64,000 nucleotides of DNA from the sequence record SRR31156797_6066, one strand, 5' to 3'. A program made the position numbers and the translations under genes. The number at the start of each line of letters is the position of its first letter. The first letter of the stretch is position 1. The notes beneath the pieces were generated by a model. It saw nothing but the letters and a program-made list of their open reading frames with translations. It was not told the DNA's origin and did not search any database. Shown here piece by piece: positions 60,163-64,000 of this stretch.

Positions 60163-61389
60163 TTATTTCTCCTCTATCGAGAAACCTACTTCTTTCAATT
60201 GCTCCCAAAAGTTTGGATATGATTTCTTCACTACATCCGGTGAATCAATAACAATATTTGAACGAAGCAAAGCTATAGGTGCAAATGCCATTGCCATTCT
60301 ATGATCGTGATACGTTTCAATTACCACATTTTCTTCCTCCTCTTTACGTTCACCAGTCCAAGCTAACTCACCTTCGGCTGGTTCGATCAGCACATAGCCT
60401 AACTTTCCCAACTCTTTTATTAAGGCAAATATTCTATCAGTCTCTTTAATTTTTAAAGTCTCTAAGCCGGTAAAATGAAAAGGAATATTCTTAAAACAAG
60501 AACAAACTGCAAAGGTCTGTGCTAAATCAGGCATTCGATTGAAATCAAATGTTAGTTTTTTACAATCGCTTGCCACTTTCTCGATAAACATTCCACGTTT
60601 CGAAAACTGAGTTTTAACTCCTAACTTTTCAAAAACAGGCACCAAACCTGAATCTCCCTGAAAACTATTCTTTTTCAATCCATCTAAATACAATTTACCT
60701 TCACCAGCCAAAGCCATAAACGACCACCAGTACGAAGCTCCCGACCAATCTCCCTCCACAGTATATGGAATTCTTTTATAAGCTTGGTTTGGCACAAATA
60801 TTTCCTGTCCTTTAAATTCTGACTTAACACCAAATTCCTCCATAATATTAAGAGTCATTTCAATGTATGATCGGGAAACAATTTTTCCTTTAAGCTTAAT
60901 TCGCAAGCCATTCTCCAAAGTAGGTGCAATTAAAAGCAAAGCTGAAATATACTGAGAACTAGTATCACCTTGTAATTCTACTTCTTCTCCAGTAATATTC
61001 GATCCAAAGATTTTAAGTGGTGGATACCCTTCTTTTTCCAGATAAGAAATCTGTGCGCCTAATGAATTTAAGGCATCAACCAACACTCCAATCGGACGCT
61101 CTTTCATTCGATTCGATCCGGTTAAGGTCCATTCTCCAACAACCTTAGCAAGATATGCAGTTAAAAATCGCATTGTTGTTCCAGCATGACCAACATCAAA
61201 AGTGTTGGTGTTCGAAAATAAAATACTCTGCATTGCTTTCGAATCATCACAATCTGAAAGATTCTTAATAGGTTCAAAACTATAAGCAAGTGCATTTATT
61301 ATCTGTACTCTGTTCGATATACTTTTAGATGCTGGAAGAACTACTCTTCCTTCCAAAATTTTATTCGATTTTGAAACTGAATATTGCAT
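60163..61389 (-). CDS. aroA: 3-phosphoshikimate 1-carboxyvinyltransferase (EPSP synthase)
   Basis: PASKSISNR, AGTTMRF, SSQYISALL, KETDR, DHRMAMA, KSYP. Confidence 0.96.
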   Translation of the reverse strand: MQYSVSKSNKILEGRVVLPASKSISNRVQIINALAYSFEPIKNLSDCDDSKAMQSILFSNTNTFDVGHAGTTMRFLTAYLAKVVGEWTLTGSNRMKERPIGVLVDALNSLGAQISYLEKEGYPPLKIFGSNITGEEVELQGDTSSQYISALLLIAPTLENGLRIKLKGKIVSRSYIEMTLNIMEEFGVKSEFKGQEIFVPNQAYKRIPYTVEGDWSGASYWWSFMALAGEGKLYLDGLKKNSFQGDSGLVPVFEKLGVKTQFSKRGMFIEKVASDCKKLTFDFNRMPDLAQTFAVCSCFKNIPFHFTGLETLKIKETDRIFALIKELGKLGYVLIEPAEGELAWTGERKEEEENVVIETYHDHRMAMAFAPIALLRSNIVIDSPDVVKKSYPNFWEQLKEVGFSIEEK

Positions 61390-61411
61390 ATTGATAATCG
61401 TTTCCGGATAT

Positions 61412-61450
61412 AAAAAATCAGACCAACAATAAGATGAACTATTGTTGGTC
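61412..61450 (-). terminator. Terminator-like hairpin after apt
   Basis: GACCAACAATA...TATTGTTGGTC with an A-run on its left. Confidence 0.55.
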
Positions 61451-61475
61451 CTAAATATTGTAATTTAACGTCTAT

Positions 61476-62006
61476 CTAAAAATGAAAAAGAGAATCTATT
61501 TCGTAATTAGTAGCTAACTTCTCGCGACCATTTAAGAAATCAAGTTCAACTAAGAAGTTTAAATATACATTCTTTAAATTGAATCGATCTAATAATTTAA
61601 TAGATGCAGCTGCTGTTCCTCCTGTTGCCAACAAATCGTCGTGTAACAAAACAACATCCTCGCTATTTAAGGCATCCTGATGAATGAAAATCTCATCCTC
61701 ACCATACTCCAAGGCATATTTTTCAGAATAAGTTGGCGCAGGTAATTTTCCAGGTTTTCTAACAGGTACAAAACCTGCTCCTAATTTGTAAGCCAATACG
61801 GTTCCTAAAATGAAACCACGGCTCTCCAAACCAACAATTTTTGTAATTCCTCTGTCTTTATACTGTTCGTATAACGTTTCAACCAATGTATTCAGATGCT
61901 TATCGCTCATTAACATGGTTGTAATATCTTTAAAAACGATTCCTTCTTTAGGAAAATCGATTACATCTCTAATTGAATCTTTTGCTTCTTGAAGTCTTGC
62001 TTCCAT
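61476..62006 (-). CDS. apt: Adenine phosphoribosyltransferase
   Basis: DFPKEGIVFKDIT, ESRGF, RKPGKLP, LEYG, DDLLATGGT. Confidence 0.96.
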   Translation of the reverse strand: MEARLQEAKDSIRDVIDFPKEGIVFKDITTMLMSDKHLNTLVETLYEQYKDRGITKIVGLESRGFILGTVLAYKLGAGFVPVRKPGKLPAPTYSEKYALEYGEDEIFIHQDALNSEDVVLLHDDLLATGGTAAASIKLLDRFNLKNVYLNFLVELDFLNGREKLATNYEIDSLFHF

Positions 62007-62333
62007 CTTATTTTAATTTTTCGAGTGATATATTTTCACCCTCCGCTATTGCCTAAAAAACGCAACAAACCGGAAGAAGTGGAACACTCACCCCCTCGTC
62101 ACTTAATTATTCAAAAAATATTTACGGATAAAGTGTGGGATAATTCCGGGTAAAAATAGAAAAGTCCGAACAAATAACAATTATGAATTGGAAAAATATA
62201 TCTCTCTTTTTACTGATCACTCAATTCTTTATATAAAAAACACGAATAAAAACCTTATCCTGTATTGATATACAAGATTGGTTGGTCGAATCTGCATTAG
62301 TTTTTACCTTTGATCCAACAAACAATTCAAAAT

Positions 62334-62798
62334 ATGACAATCAACAATCAAAACAGATCAGCCTGGATCAAACTCTCATACTATTTGTTTATTTTCCTGT
62401 ACTTGGCAACTATGGTTCTACTACTTTATTTAAATGTAAATAAACCATACCTTATAATAGGAATAATGAGTGCAGTATTCTTATCTGTAATCATATTTGC
62501 GCTTTCCTTAAATTTCAATTTTATCATCTTTAAAGAGACAGATGAAAAATTAATTCTCAGATACTATCCATTACATCCTTTTCATGATAATTTTAAATCT
62601 ATTGAAATACAAAAACGAAGTTTGGCTTATTTTGAATTGAATAATAAAGTATTTGGATTAAAACCAGTAATCACACTGTATTTGCAAACCGAGAAAGGAA
62701 TAGCTAAATATCCTAGTGTTTGTCTTTCGGCACTTTCGAAAAACGATAGAGAAAAAATAATACTCTCTTTAAAGAAGTTTGGAAAACTAAAAAAATAA
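62334..62798 (+). CDS. Hypothetical two-TM membrane protein
   Basis: Two hydrophobic segments then a soluble domain; ATG 62334 preferred over the upstream TTG at 62310. Confidence 0.65.
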   Translation: MTINNQNRSAWIKLSYYLFIFLYLATMVLLLYLNVNKPYLIIGIMSAVFLSVIIFALSLNFNFIIFKETDEKLILRYYPLHPFHDNFKSIEIQKRSLAYFELNNKVFGLKPVITLYLQTEKGIAKYPSVCLSALSKNDREKIILSLKKFGKLKK

Positions 62799-62860
62799 TA
62801 CAACCTACACACTTTTCAATAGAAAGCTCTCGTTACCTCTTCGATTAAAAATAAAAAAAT

Positions 62861-63457
62861 ATGAATTTCAAAACAACCTCAATACTACTTCTATTTCTAA
62901 TAAGTTTATCGCCAAATTTATTTTCACAGAATAACGATCTAAGGTTAAATATTGGTATTCCATTGGGTAACTATGGAAAATTCGATCACAGTTTTGCTGG
63001 TGCAGATGCTACAAATCATCCTTCTGTAATCATACAATTAGAAAAAGCCTGGAAAGAAAATTTAAGCATAGGAGCATATATTGGCTATACCGGACAAAAA
63101 CATGAATACAATTTAGGATTCGAAGAAGTGAAATACAATTATTACAGATTCGGAACGTCTCTTACATATGAATTAAACGACTGGCTATTAGAAATGAATC
63201 TTTCTCCGGGAAACGATATTGAAATGTATACAAGCATAAAAACAGGTCTTTCACTTGAAAATAAGAAAACTGAATCATCAAAATTAGATGGCAGTTCAAA
63301 TCCTGTTTATTTCAGTAAGAGCTCAAATGATCTCCTTGTTGATTTAGGCATATTATTAGGCACCAGATATCATTTTTCAAATCAATTTGGAATTTTCTCT
63401 GAACTTGGATGGGGAAATACTGGATTTTTTACAATCGGCACAACGTTTACTTTATAA
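62861..63457 (+). CDS. Outer membrane beta-barrel protein
   Basis: Signal peptide, alternating beta strands, GTRYHF...GIFSELGWG and terminal hydrophobic strand. Confidence 0.75.
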   Translation: MNFKTTSILLLFLISLSPNLFSQNNDLRLNIGIPLGNYGKFDHSFAGADATNHPSVIIQLEKAWKENLSIGAYIGYTGQKHEYNLGFEEVKYNYYRFGTSLTYELNDWLLEMNLSPGNDIEMYTSIKTGLSLENKKTESSKLDGSSNPVYFSKSSNDLLVDLGILLGTRYHFSNQFGIFSELGWGNTGFFTIGTTFTL

Positions 63458-63497
63458 ATATTTTGTAAATTCCATACATTATAACAGCTTATAATGT

Positions 63498-64000
63498 ATG
63501 GAAGAAATTTATAAAGTTGCACTTAGTTTTATTAACGGATTTGGTCCTGTAAATATTAAAAAAGCCATAGCCTACACTGGTGGTATGGAGGGTTTCTTTA
63601 AGGAAAAGACACATCATCTTCAAAAAATTCCAGGAATTGGCGAAGTATTCACAAAAAAACTAAATCGAGAATCTGCCTTAAAATCTGCAGAAGAAGAATT
63701 GCATTTTATCTCCGATAACAACATTCATCTTACTTCCTATTTAGATCCTGATTATCCCCAACGATTGTTGAATTGTTCTGATTCTCCTTGTACCTTATAT
63801 TATAAGGGAAATATTGATTTCAATTCTGATCGCAGCATTAGCATAGTTGGAACCCGTAATGCAAGTGATAATGGTCGAGAAACCTGCAATAAATTAATTA
63901 CCGATCTTGCTGAAAAGAAAATTAAGACAACTATTATAAGCGGTTTAGCCTATGGAATTGATATTTGTGCTCACAAAGCTGCTTTGCGCAACAACTTGCC
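63498..64000 (+). CDS. dprA: DNA-processing protein DprA (runs off the window edge)
   Basis: Manual translation MEEIYKVALSFINGFGP...YPQRL...SIVGTRNAS...IISGLAYGIDICAHKAAL; absent from the ORF track because it has no stop in the window. Confidence 0.93.
   Translation, partial: MEEIYKVALSFINGFGPVNIKKAIAYTGGMEGFFKEKTHHLQKIPGIGEVFTKKLNRESALKSAEEELHFISDNNIHLTSYLDPDYPQRLLNCSDSPCTLYYKGNIDFNSDRSISIVGTRNASDNGRETCNKLITDLAEKKIKTTIISGLAYGIDICAHKAALRNNL

Noticed and set aside
62060-62135. SRP RNA (CCGGAAG) or purine riboswitch (CCGTAAA on the minus strand) upstream of apt
   Set aside because: The flanking conserved SRP helix-8 residues and the purine aptamer junction spacing are missing; kept only as an unclassified structured leader.
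1015-62812. Numerous 60-140 aa ORFs in the track that overlap confident genes (e.g. 1015-1317, 14291-14602, 41175-41594, 48570-48980, 59735-60067)
   Set aside because: They are antisense or off-frame shadows of well-supported genes with no recognisable motifs.

Overview
AT-rich chromosomal window from a member of the Bacteroidota. The gene content and TAnnTTTG promoter elements look like a Marinifilaceae/Bacteroidales-type anaerobe; this placement is inference. From left to right it holds: (1) a minus-strand dcw cell-division cluster (mraZ-rsmH-ftsL-ftsI-murE-mraY-murD-ftsW-murG-murC-ftsQ-ftsA-ftsZ-ftsZ-yqeY) with TWO tandem ftsZ genes; (2) the divergent glycine-lipid acyltransferase pair, purF, miaB, a tricorn/S41 protease and several membrane or hypothetical genes; (3) a complete 14-gene lysine-to-butyrate fermentation cluster (atoD-kal-kce-kdd-kamABCDE-atoA-thl-bcd-etfBA); (4) housekeeping genes (aspS, tadA-like, deoD, aroA, apt, dprA truncated at the edge). 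The most striking observation is that the upstream FtsZ copy lacks the canonical C-terminal peptide and instead ends in an amphipathic tail that matches the FtsA tail of the same operon ([LI]FDxxDxxM-stop). It therefore looks like a natural self-membrane-anchoring FtsZ created by a tandem duplication that fused the ftsZ core to the 3' end of ftsA. Other candidates are a non-coding array of eleven 21-bp palindromic units behind a small hypothetical gene, a ~270-nt five-hairpin putative RNA after the tricorn gene, and structured leaders before deoD and apt. No rRNA, tRNA, CRISPR array or transposase was recognised. All calls are by eye from motifs and synteny; no searches were run.
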